Shown here one piece after another: positions 1 to 9,211 of a stretch of DNA of 64,000 nucleotides. The position numbers and the translations under genes are program-made. The DNA comes from Paludibacter sp. (GTDB lineage Bacteria > Bacteroidota > Bacteroidia > Bacteroidales > Paludibacteraceae). The notes beneath the pieces are model-generated. The model had not been told where the DNA came from. It made no database searches and saw only the letters and a program-made list of their open reading frames with translations. Positions within the stretch are counted from its first letter, which is position 1; each line of letters begins with the position of its first letter. The stretch is taken from assembly GCA_028710415.1 (NCBI GenBank), contig JAQTUE010000023.1:29468-93467 (forward strand), read 5' to 3'.

Positions 1-1
1 C

Positions 2-637
2 ATTAATTTAAATTTTAATCTAAATACAGATAACAGGAAACCTCTCAACTTTTACTTTCATTACGGCTTTGCCAGTCAACTGAACACAGACCAGTTTGTT
101 GCCTTCGGTGATTTTCAAAGTACACTTCGGGTAGGGCACCGGTTTGAATTCAATTATTCCTTTAGCTTCAATAATACTGTGAATGGAGTTGGATATGTTG
201 ACAATACTACGAATGATTCGATTATATTTGCTAAACGCAAAGTAAATTCACTGGAAAACATTCTGAGTTCTTCGTATATCCTGAGTAATAAAGCCAGTTT
301 AAGCCTTCGGGTTCGCCATTATTGGTCGGGTGCCCTGAATAAAAACTACTATTTATTGAAAGAGGATGGAACCTTGAAAGACTTTCCTACCTATACCCAA
401 AACAAGAACCAGAATTATAATGCCTTTACTGTGGATATGGTGTTGACCTGGAACTTTGCTCCAGGTTCTGAACTTGCCTGTGCGTGGAAAAATGCAGCCT
501 TATCCCAACAGGACGATTATATCAACAATTACTGGACAAACCTTCATAATTCATGGTTAAACCAATCAAACAGCCTGTCAGTCAAGATACTCTATTACAT
601 TGATTACAACAAATTGAAAAAGAAGAAAATCAATTAG
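2..637 (+). CDS. C-terminal part of an outer-membrane beta-barrel protein (DUF5916-like); 5' end lies outside the window
   Basis: Frame is open from base 2 (INLNFNLNTDNRKP...). Aromatic-rich beta strands and motifs LSLRVRHYW, NYNAFTVDMVLTWNFAPGSEL and KILYYIDYN. Confidence 0.7.
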   Translation: MNLNFNLNTDNRKPLNFYFHYGFASQLNTDQFVAFGDFQSTLRVGHRFEFNYSFSFNNTVNGVGYVDNTTNDSIIFAKRKVNSLENILSSSYILSNKASLSLRVRHYWSGALNKNYYLLKEDGTLKDFPTYTQNKNQNYNAFTVDMVLTWNFAPGSELACAWKNAALSQQDDYINNYWTNLHNSWLNQSNSLSVKILYYIDYNKLKKKKIN

Positions 638-951
638 ATATTTAATTTCGCTGCAAATATCGATTGGGAAATTTGAATCCTGTTCTAAATTACATTAAAG
701 AATTACACCCAATTTACTTTGAATATTTTCTAATATAAACTGATCTTCTATTTCACATTCAATCATGATCCTCGCTTTAAATTTAGTCTTTCAATCTCTG
801 TGTCTCAAATTTCAATGATTCTAAATTAAGTATTTGCGTCGAAATACATTCCTGAACCTGCTGACAAACTAAATAGTTTGAGTATTTTTGACATGAATTA
901 TTGAATACAATTTATCTGTTTATTATTTTAAAAACTTCAATTCATCTATTT

Positions 952-1848
952 ATGGTACAGGAAAAAAAGAATGTAGCCTTAGGTTCTGTCATCGCAGCTA
1001 TATTTATCACCGGGTTTAAATTAATCATTGGATTGTTGACAGGTAGTTTGGGGATCATTTCCGAAGCATTGCACTCAGGGTTGGATATGGTAGCTGCTAT
1101 TATTACCTATTTCTCCGTTAGGGTATCGGACAAACCGGCAGATCGGGAACATAACTATGGCCATGGCAAGGTAGAAAACTTATCAGCCTTAATTGAAACA
1201 ATCCTGTTACTGGTTACATGCGTTTGGATTATATATGAAGCAATACATCGTTTAACATCAGGAGAAACCAAAATTGAGGTTACTGCCTGGAGTTATATTG
1301 TTGTTGTATGTTCAATTGTAATCGATTACACAAGGTCAAGGGCATTGTATCGGGTTGCAAAGAAACACAACAGCCAGGCGTTGGAAGCCGATGCACTCCA
1401 CTTCTCTACCGATATATGGAGTTCCACAGTCGTTTTATTTGGATTAATTTGTTATCAATTCCTGGGTTGGTACAGGGCCGATTCCATTGCTGCATTGCTT
1501 GTAGCAGTGATTGTTTTATATGTTTCGTATCAACTTGGAAGAAAAGCAATCGATGTGCTCCTTGACAAATCACCGGTAAATACGACAAAGACTGTTCATG
1601 AGATCTTGAAGCAGCATCCCGAAGTGTTGAAATACCATGGATTAAAAGCTCGTACTGCAGGTGCTGATACCTTTATCAAGTTCAACGTTCATTTCGACCC
1701 GGATTTAAGCCTGCGTGAAGTTCATGAAGTATGCGATAAAATAGAAGCAGAGATAAAGAAACTGGTTGTACGAAGTGAAGTCTATATCCATGCCGAACCG
1801 GAAGAAATCAGCCATTTGGAGAATGAAGTAAATGATGACATCGTATAG
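952..1848 (+). CDS. Cation diffusion facilitator (FieF/CzcD-like) transporter
   Basis: SEALHSGLD, HNYGHGKVENL, ADALHFSTD and C-terminal IHAEP motifs. ATG at 952 preferred over TTG at 901. Confidence 0.92.
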   Translation: MVQEKKNVALGSVIAAIFITGFKLIIGLLTGSLGIISEALHSGLDMVAAIITYFSVRVSDKPADREHNYGHGKVENLSALIETILLLVTCVWIIYEAIHRLTSGETKIEVTAWSYIVVVCSIVIDYTRSRALYRVAKKHNSQALEADALHFSTDIWSSTVVLFGLICYQFLGWYRADSIAALLVAVIVLYVSYQLGRKAIDVLLDKSPVNTTKTVHEILKQHPEVLKYHGLKARTAGADTFIKFNVHFDPDLSLREVHEVCDKIEAEIKKLVVRSEVYIHAEPEEISHLENEVNDDIV

Positions 1849-1954
1849 GTTGAATTACATCACTCCAATTAAAAAAATACAAAGAAATACAAACTAGTCA
1901 GGTTATTCTTAAATAGTTACGTTAATAATTTCAGTTTTTAGTATGAATGCGGTT

Positions 1955-2021
1955 TTATACTTAAGAAAAATGGCATTTCACTGAAACTTTTTGATAATTG
2001 AAATGAACTACTCTATATTTG
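1955..2021 (+). promoter_or_regulatory. Bacteroidetes -7 promoter box with two upstream direct repeats at 21-bp spacing (putative LytTR sites)
   Basis: TATATTTG at 2014-2021; TTATACTTAA at 1955 and TTTCACTGAA at 1976. Confidence 0.5.
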
Positions 2022-2096
2022 CCTTGCAATAATAATCAAGAATTGCAGTTTTAAATACACGAATAAGCAGTTTATTAATTATTAAAAAATTAGATT

Positions 2097-3203
2097 ATGA
2101 AAACAAAGAGTTATTATGTTGGTTTAGTTTTACTAGGCTTTTTAACATGGAGTTGTTCAAACAAAGATGAGTTGGGTAGTAGCAAATCATTAAAAACCTC
2201 CATTAATTCAAATGCACAGGAATTGATACTCGCAATGAATGCGATTTCATCTTCTGCCGGTTATCAGGCTTTATCAACATCCGCTGAAACAACGAGCCCC
2301 AGTTATACACATCCTCCTGTAACAGCATTTGATTCTACCTACAGTAGTATCCTGTTGGCCGATATCTCGGGTGTTTATGATTACAAAGCAGCAGATTACA
2401 GAAAATGGTCCCCTTCATTATTGCGTTTCTTTGTCAGGTCAGCTGATAATGCAGACATGATTGTAAATCTTCCAAAGGAAAAAGTACAGAAACCCTATAA
2501 TTTATTGCGCTTTTCCCCAAAAGATACCGCATTGGTGAACGATTATAAAATTGATTTGTCGAAATACGAATATAAATTTAATCGTTTCCTGGGTTGGGAT
2601 TACAACATGGCCTCTAACATTAACATTAGTGGCGTAAATGCCGGTGATTTGCAAATTCAGTCATCGAACAGTAAAGCCAATGGATATCATTTTGCTTCTT
2701 CCTTTGCATTTGCTTCGGGTTATAATACTACTACTTTATACACAAGCGGCGATACCATCATTTCTTTATACAACATCTCTAAAGACAACAAAACTTTGTA
2801 CGAAGAAAAATATACCGCTATCAGGACAAGTGCAACTTCAAAACACCGCGAAAAAGAATATTCGCTGACCATTGGAAATGTACAAATTGTCAGGACTCCC
2901 GGAAAATCAAGCCTGGATAGTGCCAAAGTATATGTAGGTGGAGTATTACAACTGCATTCTGTAGTGAAGTTTATTGATGTTACTACTACATCTGCAAACC
3001 CTGATTCTACTGAAACAAGTATTACCAATCACAAAAGGGAACTTCAGATCACTTTTGATGACGGAACTTCAACTACTATTAAACAATTGCTTGGCAATAC
3101 GATAGATAATATCAGGACTTTGTTTGTATCTTTGCGTCAGACTTATTTTGCAACTGGAGTTGTAGACTGGATTGCCTGGGATATTTATAAAAATAAAAAA
3201 TAA
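2097..3203 (+). CDS. Hypothetical lipoprotein
   Basis: Signal peptide with lipobox-like LTWSC; 368-aa Ser/Thr-rich, beta-rich protein. Confidence 0.75.
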   Translation: MKTKSYYVGLVLLGFLTWSCSNKDELGSSKSLKTSINSNAQELILAMNAISSSAGYQALSTSAETTSPSYTHPPVTAFDSTYSSILLADISGVYDYKAADYRKWSPSLLRFFVRSADNADMIVNLPKEKVQKPYNLLRFSPKDTALVNDYKIDLSKYEYKFNRFLGWDYNMASNINISGVNAGDLQIQSSNSKANGYHFASSFAFASGYNTTTLYTSGDTIISLYNISKDNKTLYEEKYTAIRTSATSKHREKEYSLTIGNVQIVRTPGKSSLDSAKVYVGGVLQLHSVVKFIDVTTTSANPDSTETSITNHKRELQITFDDGTSTTIKQLLGNTIDNIRTLFVSLRQTYFATGVVDWIAWDIYKNKK

Positions 3204-3345
3204 ACCGATTAGAGGGATGAAGGATATAAGTTGAATAAATTCTGTCATCACCCCTAAAATCAAAGCCGTACAGGTACGAAAACGGATAAACTAAATAAGT
3301 AGGGGAAGTGAACAACTTCCCCTGCTTTTGTTTTATAATCAAACT

Positions 3346-4500
3346 ATGAAATACATTCAAAGTAAATCTCCAAATTTAAAAGCCATTGAAATAGCTGTTC
3401 TCACCCTGATATGGATGAGTATATTTTCTATTCCTTTTTTTCAAAACAGGCTCTATGGCTTAGTGGATTGGAGCAATGTACTGGTGGAATGGGTACGTAT
3501 GTTTTCGTTTCTGGTTATATTTGTAATCAATGCCTATTATTTTGTCCCTAAGTTATTATTTCAAAAAAAATACCTCCCATACGTCGGATATGCTTTCCTG
3601 TTGATCTTAGTCGTAATCGGAATAAGTATCTTGTTACAACATTTTCTTTTACCCGTGGAACCACTTGCAATGCCGCCTATGGACTTAGGGCCAGGCATGC
3701 CTCCAATGGAACTTGGATCAAAAATGCCGGCCCCTATGGGCTTTAGAACTCCTCATTTACAGGAACAAAAATCACTTCTAATGATTTTTACCGATAATCT
3801 GATCATTTCCATCCTGGTTGTGGGTGCCGGAACTACCATAAAGATGCTGTCACAATGGCTGTATGAAGAAAAAAGACGTATGGATGTGGAGAAAGAACAA
3901 TTGAAGACTGAACTGGCACTTTTAAGACATCAGGTTAGTCCTCATTTCTTTATGAATACGCTCAATAATATCCATGCTATGATTGACATCAATGTAGAAA
4001 CTGCGAAGGATGCTATCATACGTTTATCCACTTTGATGCGTTATTTATTATATGATACTGCACAAGGACATACCAGTCTGAAAAAAGAAGTTGAATTTAT
4101 TGAAAGTTACATTACATTGATGCAGTTACGCTTTTCAAAGAAAGTAACCATTACAGTCGATCTGCCTGAAAGAATACCAGACATTCAGATACCACCCATG
4201 ATGTACATATCCTTTCTGGAAAATGCATTTAAGCATGGAGTCAGTTACCAGTTTGAATCATTTGTTGCTTTTAAACTCGAAATAAATGAAAATATATTGA
4301 ACTGCACCATCCGCAACAGTAAACACAAATCCAAGGAGAACCAGGATAAGAGCTATTCAGGGATTGGATTAACAAATATACGGAAGAGCCTGGAGCTATT
4401 GTTCAAGGACGATTATCTACTTGTCATTAAAGAGAATGATAAAGAATTTGAAGTTCAATTAAAAATTCCTTTTTATGAAAATAAAATGCTTAGCCATTGA
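3346..4500 (+). CDS. LytS/YehU-family membrane sensor histidine kinase
   Basis: N-terminal TM helices, LRHQVSPHFFMNTLNNI H-box, ENAFKHG N-box, SGIGLTNI G-box; Met/Pro-rich periplasmic loop. Confidence 0.93.
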   Translation: MKYIQSKSPNLKAIEIAVLTLIWMSIFSIPFFQNRLYGLVDWSNVLVEWVRMFSFLVIFVINAYYFVPKLLFQKKYLPYVGYAFLLILVVIGISILLQHFLLPVEPLAMPPMDLGPGMPPMELGSKMPAPMGFRTPHLQEQKSLLMIFTDNLIISILVVGAGTTIKMLSQWLYEEKRRMDVEKEQLKTELALLRHQVSPHFFMNTLNNIHAMIDINVETAKDAIIRLSTLMRYLLYDTAQGHTSLKKEVEFIESYITLMQLRFSKKVTITVDLPERIPDIQIPPMMYISFLENAFKHGVSYQFESFVAFKLEINENILNCTIRNSKHKSKENQDKSYSGIGLTNIRKSLELLFKDDYLLVIKENDKEFEVQLKIPFYENKMLSH

Positions 4501-5194
4501 CGACGAGCCACTTGCCTTGAAGCAAATAAGTTCGTACATTGAGAATACACCTTTCCTGGAAAATGTAGCCCTGTGCCAGAGTGCTTTCGAAGCCATGGAA
4601 TACCTTTCCAGAAATGAAGTAGAACTTATGTTTGTGGATATTAACATGCCCGATATCAACGGAATGGATTTTGTAAAATCATTGACTAACAGGCCGCAGG
4701 TTATCTTTACTACTGCCTACAGCGAATATGCCATGGAGGGTTTTCAGGTTGATGCCATTGATTATATACTCAAACCAATAAGTTACAGCGTATTTCTGAA
4801 ATCGGTAACCAAGGCAAAAACCTGGTTTGAACTGAACCAGAAACAACCCGAATCTGTCCAGGCTTCCCAGGAATGCCTGTTCGTGAAATCAGAATACAAG
4901 CTCATTAAAATTCTTCTTCAGGATATCAAGTACATTGAAAGTGCGAATGAATATATTCAGATTCATCAGGAAAACGATCCTCCCGTTACAACCCTGATAC
5001 GATTGAAATCTATGGAAGAACAACTGCCAAAGGATAAATTCATGCGGGTGCATCGTTCATTTATTGTCAACCTCGAAAAAGTAAAGGTAATTGACCGGAA
5101 CCGGATCGTATTCGACCAGAAAGTATTTATACCTATTGGCGAACAATACAAAGATCATTTTCAGGCATTTATTGATAAGACCTATTTGGTGTAA
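4475..5194 (+). CDS. LytTR-family response regulator
   Basis: Receiver motifs IDDEPLA, FVDINMPD, FTTAYSEYA, DYILKP and LytTR motif FMRVHRSFIVN; overlaps the kinase 3' end. Confidence 0.96.
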   Translation: MKIKCLAIDDEPLALKQISSYIENTPFLENVALCQSAFEAMEYLSRNEVELMFVDINMPDINGMDFVKSLTNRPQVIFTTAYSEYAMEGFQVDAIDYILKPISYSVFLKSVTKAKTWFELNQKQPESVQASQECLFVKSEYKLIKILLQDIKYIESANEYIQIHQENDPPVTTLIRLKSMEEQLPKDKFMRVHRSFIVNLEKVKVIDRNRIVFDQKVFIPIGEQYKDHFQAFIDKTYLV

Positions 5195-5214
5195 TGATCA
5201 CCCGGATTCAATAA

Positions 5215-5257
5215 AAAAACAGACTGCTTCAATATCCTATTGAAGCAGTCTGTTTTT
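5215..5257 (+). terminator. Intrinsic terminator
   Basis: AAAAACAGACTGCTTCAATA-tcc-TATTGAAGCAGTCTGTTTTT perfect hairpin just after the regulator stop. Confidence 0.88.
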
Positions 5258-5410
5258 GTTACTAAAGTCGATTCATTTAAACTTTTTTGAATACTCTTTT
5301 TTTATCAACTGATCTATTTATGAATATGCCAACTATTATAAAAATAAAAATTAAACAAGGCAAACCTAAAGTAAGATTTATGAGATGTTGAAAAAGTCAA
5401 TAGCATCGAT

Positions 5411-5498
5411 TTTAACTGAACAAATCGGCTGTTTCACTTAGAAATAAAGACATTTTATTGATTCAAATTGTTTATTAACTTTGCATTTCATATCTTTG
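5411..5498 (+). promoter_or_regulatory. Promoter of the PqqD/ATP-grasp operon with three 21-bp-spaced direct repeats (putative LytTR sites)
   Basis: TTTAACTGAA at 5411, TTTCACTTAG at 5432, TTTTATTGAT at 5453; TAnnTTTG boxes at 5476 and 5491. Confidence 0.55.
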
Positions 5499-5519
5499 AT
5501 GCATTATACCTATAGAAAC

Positions 5520-5759
5520 ATGAAGCTTAAAAAGAATATTGCCACCAGCGAAGAAGGGTTTATTTATAATCCGGGTACCGGGGATTCGTTTTCAACCAAT
5601 CCCATTGGCACGGATATTATAGCCTTGTTGAAGGAAGAAAAGACAATACCTGAGATTATTGAAACCATTAGCGGGAAATATGAAGTGAACAAACATCAGT
5701 TAGAGAAGGACCTGGATGATTTTGTGGCCCAAATGAAGGATTTTAATTTACTTGGTTGA
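5520..5759 (+). CDS. Stand-alone PqqD-family protein (RiPP recognition element)
   Basis: 79 aa from ATG 5520, with a three-strand/three-helix pattern: GFIYNPGTGDSFSTNPIGTDIIALL...YEV...LEKDLDDFVAQMKDFNLL. Confidence 0.85.
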   Translation: MKLKKNIATSEEGFIYNPGTGDSFSTNPIGTDIIALLKEEKTIPEIIETISGKYEVNKHQLEKDLDDFVAQMKDFNLLG

Positions 5760-5798
5760 TTGGTTGATTGGTTGATTGGTTAATTGGTTGATTGGTTA
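5754..5798 (+). repeat. Tandem 8-mer array (GGTTGATT), about 5.5 units
   Basis: ggttgatt ggttgatt ggttgatt ggttaatt ggttgatt ggtta; the first unit contains the PqqD stop codon. Confidence 0.9.
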
Positions 5799-5892
5799 AA
5801 GGGTAATCGCGGAAACGGGACATCAATTCTTTCTGTGGGTTGATGAAGCATTTCTTACTATAATATTGATTTAAATACATAACAATGTCTTT

Positions 5893-6123
5893 AAACCCGA
5901 AGGGTTAATATGATTGTAGAAAAAAAAAATAACACATAAAATTAACCCTGAAAGGTTGATATAAAAACACATTAAAGAAATCAGTAAGTGAGAATAAATA
6001 ATGTCACCCCTACAGGGTTCTGATACAGCTTGATAAGTAGCGAATTACAATCAGTATACCACTTCGGGGTTCAGATACAGCTTGATAAGTAGCGAATTAC
6101 AATCAGTACACTCCTGCGGGGTT
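5893..6123. repeat. Cluster of REP-like hairpins (AACCCGAAGGGT...ATTGTAG family) including a 52-bp tandem duplication
   Basis: Forward copies at about 5893 and 5944, reverse copies at about 6000, 6046 and 6098. 6015-6066 is duplicated at 6067-6118. A related copy lies at 60244-60268. Confidence 0.75.
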
Positions 6124-6274
6124 AAAAATAGCCTTTATATATCAAATAAAAACAAGGTGTAACTTTATCATTCCGTGTTACATTTGTTCAGGTTAGGTGG
6201 AATTAATAACCAGAAACAATCTGTTGAAGAAAGGTAATTGAAAGAACAGTAGTATCGAACTGAAAACGAATAAT

Positions 6275-7336
6275 ATGAATAAAGCATCTACCGGACATAA
6301 AAAGATTGTGATTGCTGTCAGTGCACTGAATGCTATTGACAGTCCAGGGCCGGGTGTGGCAGTGATTCGCTCGATTAGGGAATGCAAAGATTTTGAGGTG
6401 AGGATTATCGGGCTATCGTATGAATCGCTGGAACCGGGACTGTATATGCACGATCTGGTGGACAAATCCTATCAGATACCCTATCCATCGGGAGGGACTG
6501 ACAGCTTATTGGCAAGGATCATCCATATCCATGAAATAGAAACTATTGATTTGATTATTCCAAACTTTGATGCTGAGCTGTTTAATTTCATCAAACTAAG
6601 GGATAAACTGAGTGAAATGGGTATCCATACCTTTCTACCCGATTTAGACCAGTTTGAAGCGAGGGATAAAATAAAGCTCTATCAATTTGGTAAAAAGCAT
6701 GGTTTAATGGTGCCTGAGGATAAGATCATCTATGAAGCCAACCAACTTGAAAAGGTAGCAAAGGAATTAAATTACCCCTTGGTGATAAAGGGTAAATTCT
6801 ATGATGCCATCATAGTCAACACCCTGGAACAGGCTCAAAAGGCATTCTATAAAATCCAGGCCAAATGGGGATTACCCATTATTGTACAAGAGTTTATCAA
6901 TGGCACTGAAATCAATATAGCAGCCCTGGGTGATGGGGAAGGAAATGCAGTTAGCATCATTCCCATGCGAAAACTATATATTACCGATAAAGGGAAAGCC
7001 TGGGCAGGCATTACATTGGATGATGATGCATTCATTGAACTTGCCCGTAAGTTTATAAAAGTAACCAAATGGCGTGGAGGCTGTGAACTGGAGGTTATGC
7101 AATCGCTGGATGGCAAATCGTATATCATGGAAGTGAATCCACGTTTCCCGGCCTGGATATACCTGACAGCAGCAGCAGGTCAAAATCAGCCTTCCATGTT
7201 GGTAAAGATGGCTCTTGGTGAAAAAGTAGAACCGGTCACGGAATATGAAGTCGGGAAGATATTTGTACGGTATGCGTGGGATTTAATTACCACCATCAGT
7301 GAATTTCAAAAAATATCCGGAACAGGGGAGCTGTAG
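6275..7336 (+). CDS. ATP-grasp carboxylate-amine ligase
   Basis: YPLVIKG, IIVQEFINGTE and YIMEVNPRFPAW motifs; N-terminal DSPGPGVAVIRS. Confidence 0.9.
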   Translation: MNKASTGHKKIVIAVSALNAIDSPGPGVAVIRSIRECKDFEVRIIGLSYESLEPGLYMHDLVDKSYQIPYPSGGTDSLLARIIHIHEIETIDLIIPNFDAELFNFIKLRDKLSEMGIHTFLPDLDQFEARDKIKLYQFGKKHGLMVPEDKIIYEANQLEKVAKELNYPLVIKGKFYDAIIVNTLEQAQKAFYKIQAKWGLPIIVQEFINGTEINIAALGDGEGNAVSIIPMRKLYITDKGKAWAGITLDDDAFIELARKFIKVTKWRGGCELEVMQSLDGKSYIMEVNPRFPAWIYLTAAAGQNQPSMLVKMALGEKVEPVTEYEVGKIFVRYAWDLITTISEFQKISGTGEL

Positions 7337-7348
7337 ATATATAGATTG

Positions 7349-7556
7349 CAAGAATCAAGAACCAAGAATCAAGAGCCAAGACATAATATGCAATTAATTA
7401 GCGTCTTGCAATTCATTAAGTCAGATTAATTTGTTCGTTGTATATAATTTTAAATTTTGATAGTGTTGAAAATATTTAAACTATAAATCTACTGTTTCTC
7501 AATACTCAATACTCAAAGCTTGATGCTCAAAACTCGATGCTCAAAGCTCAACGCTA
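7349..7556. repeat. Two degenerate 7-mer arrays: (CAAGAAT/CAAGAGC)n at 7349-7382 and (CTCAATA/CTTGATG)n at 7498-7556
   Basis: Read directly; the arms are only partly complementary and the AT-rich spacer has no ORF. Confidence 0.7.
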
Positions 7557-7568
7557 ACTTCTATTCCT

Positions 7569-8927
7569 ATGGAAAAAATAAAATATGAACGGCCGGTTAT
7601 TCAGAAAATGAATACTGGGCTAATGAATAAGTTCGGCACCCGCACAGAATATGAACCTGTTACACACATAGAAAGTGTCCCGGTTAAGAGCCTGATAAAA
7701 GATTACGGTTCACCACTCTATGTGATTTCTGAAAAGCAAATCAGGCGTAATTTCCAGAACGCTACCCGTATATTTAAAACCCGTTACCCGAAAGTACAGT
7801 TTGCATGGTCGTACAAGACCAATTACATGAAAGCGGTTTGTAACATCTTTCATCAGGAAGGATCGTGGGCTGAAGTAGTTTCAGGATATGAATATGAAAA
7901 AGCATTGGGGAATGGGGTACCGGGGAATAAAATCATCTTTAATGGCCCTGTAAAGACCGATGATGAACTGATAAAAGCTATCCGCAATAATTCATTGATC
8001 CACATAGACAATAACGATGAACTCTTTTCGCTGATACGATTAAGTGAGGAACATAACTTAAAGCCCCGGGTAGCCATACGCGTCAATATGGATACAGGCA
8101 TTTATCCTAAATGGGACCGCTTTGGGTTTAACTTTGAAAACGGCCAGGCGTGGAATGCCATAACCCGTATTATCAATACACGTAATCTCGAATTCGTTGG
8201 ATTGCATTGCCATATCGGAACTTTTATGCTTGCCCCTTCGGCTTATGCCATCGCTGCAACTAAGCTCTGTGAATTAGCCTGGAATATCAAGGAAAAATAC
8301 AACAAAGTCATACAGTATATCGACCTTGGTGGTGGTTTTCCTTCTTCCAACACACTTAAGGGAGCCTACTTGCCGGGATCAGATACCGTACCTTCCATTG
8401 ATCAGTTTGCAGATGCCATCACGGATGTTATCCTCGGATACAGTTTTAAACAGGAAGACCTGCCACTGCTGATACTTGAAACCGGAAGAGCATTGATAGA
8501 TGATGCGGGCTTTCTGTTAGGGACAGTCATAGCTTCCAAACGACTGTCGGATGGACGCAGGGCAACAGTACTTGATTTTGGTATCAATAATCTCTTCACT
8601 TCATTCTGGTACGACCATAAAGTGAGTCCCGCTCAGGCATTTGGCGATTATACCGAGGAAATGGTCTTGTACGGTCCACTTTGTATGAATATTGACATTG
8701 TTCGTGAAAGCATAACCATGCCGTTGCTTGAAAGAGGGAATCATCTGGTTGTACATAAAATTGGGGCTTATAATTTGACACAATGGATGCAGTTTATTAC
8801 CTTGCGCCCGAATGTAGTGCTGATTGATGTGGAGAATAATACCCATATTATTAGAAAAGCAGAAACGCTGGAATATATAGAAGCGTTGGAAGAGGTACCG
8901 GAGCACTTAAAGAAGTTTGGAGTTTGA
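7569..8927 (+). CDS. Fold-type III PLP-dependent decarboxylase (diaminopimelate/ornithine decarboxylase family; probably not the housekeeping LysA)
   Basis: WSYKTN PLP lysine, GLHCHIGT, IDLGGGFP, ETGRAL, YGPLCMNID, IGAYN; N-terminal extension KIKYERPVI. Confidence 0.88.
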   Translation: MEKIKYERPVIQKMNTGLMNKFGTRTEYEPVTHIESVPVKSLIKDYGSPLYVISEKQIRRNFQNATRIFKTRYPKVQFAWSYKTNYMKAVCNIFHQEGSWAEVVSGYEYEKALGNGVPGNKIIFNGPVKTDDELIKAIRNNSLIHIDNNDELFSLIRLSEEHNLKPRVAIRVNMDTGIYPKWDRFGFNFENGQAWNAITRIINTRNLEFVGLHCHIGTFMLAPSAYAIAATKLCELAWNIKEKYNKVIQYIDLGGGFPSSNTLKGAYLPGSDTVPSIDQFADAITDVILGYSFKQEDLPLLILETGRALIDDAGFLLGTVIASKRLSDGRRATVLDFGINNLFTSFWYDHKVSPAQAFGDYTEEMVLYGPLCMNIDIVRESITMPLLERGNHLVVHKIGAYNLTQWMQFITLRPNVVLIDVENNTHIIRKAETLEYIEALEEVPEHLKKFGV

Positions 8928-8982
8928 TGTTTGATGTTTGTTTGATGGAGTAAGAGGCAAGAGGTAAGAGGTAAGAGGCAAG
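8922..8982 (+). repeat. Adjacent 7-mer arrays (GTTTGAT)n and (GAGGYAA)n
   Basis: gtttgat gtttgat gttt gtttgat then gagtaa gaggcaa gaggtaa gaggtaa gaggcaa; the first unit holds the decarboxylase stop codon. Confidence 0.85.
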
Positions 8983-9004
8983 TAGAAAAAAAAAGATTTT
9001 CGGT

Positions 9005-9052
9005 AGTTCCGTAGGAACGACCGATATTGTAGCAATGGAATTTATTCCGTTG
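9005..9052. repeat. REP-like double hairpin (GTTCCGTAGGAAC...ATTGTAG-CAATGGAATTTATTCCGTTG)
   Basis: Two short palindromes linked by ATTGTAG, same layout as the 5893 family. Confidence 0.5.
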
Positions 9053-9211
9053 AAATATATGATGTAGAAAAATTCGCGATATGGAAATCGCGGGACCCAA
9101 ATATATTAGTTTAGTGGGCAGTAGGTAGTAGAAAGCAGAAGTATTATTATTCAAAAGTGTAAACAAATTTTAAGACGACTCAATAAGAATAGCATTCAAT
9201 TTAGAAAGTAA

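Noticed and set aside
5520-5759. PQQ or lasso-peptide biosynthesis
   Set aside because: No pqqA/B/C/E, radical SAM enzyme, lasso cyclase or B2 protease in the window.
6015-6123. Possible mini-CRISPR array
   Set aside because: Only two 52-bp units with no unique spacers and no cas genes; better explained as a REP duplication.
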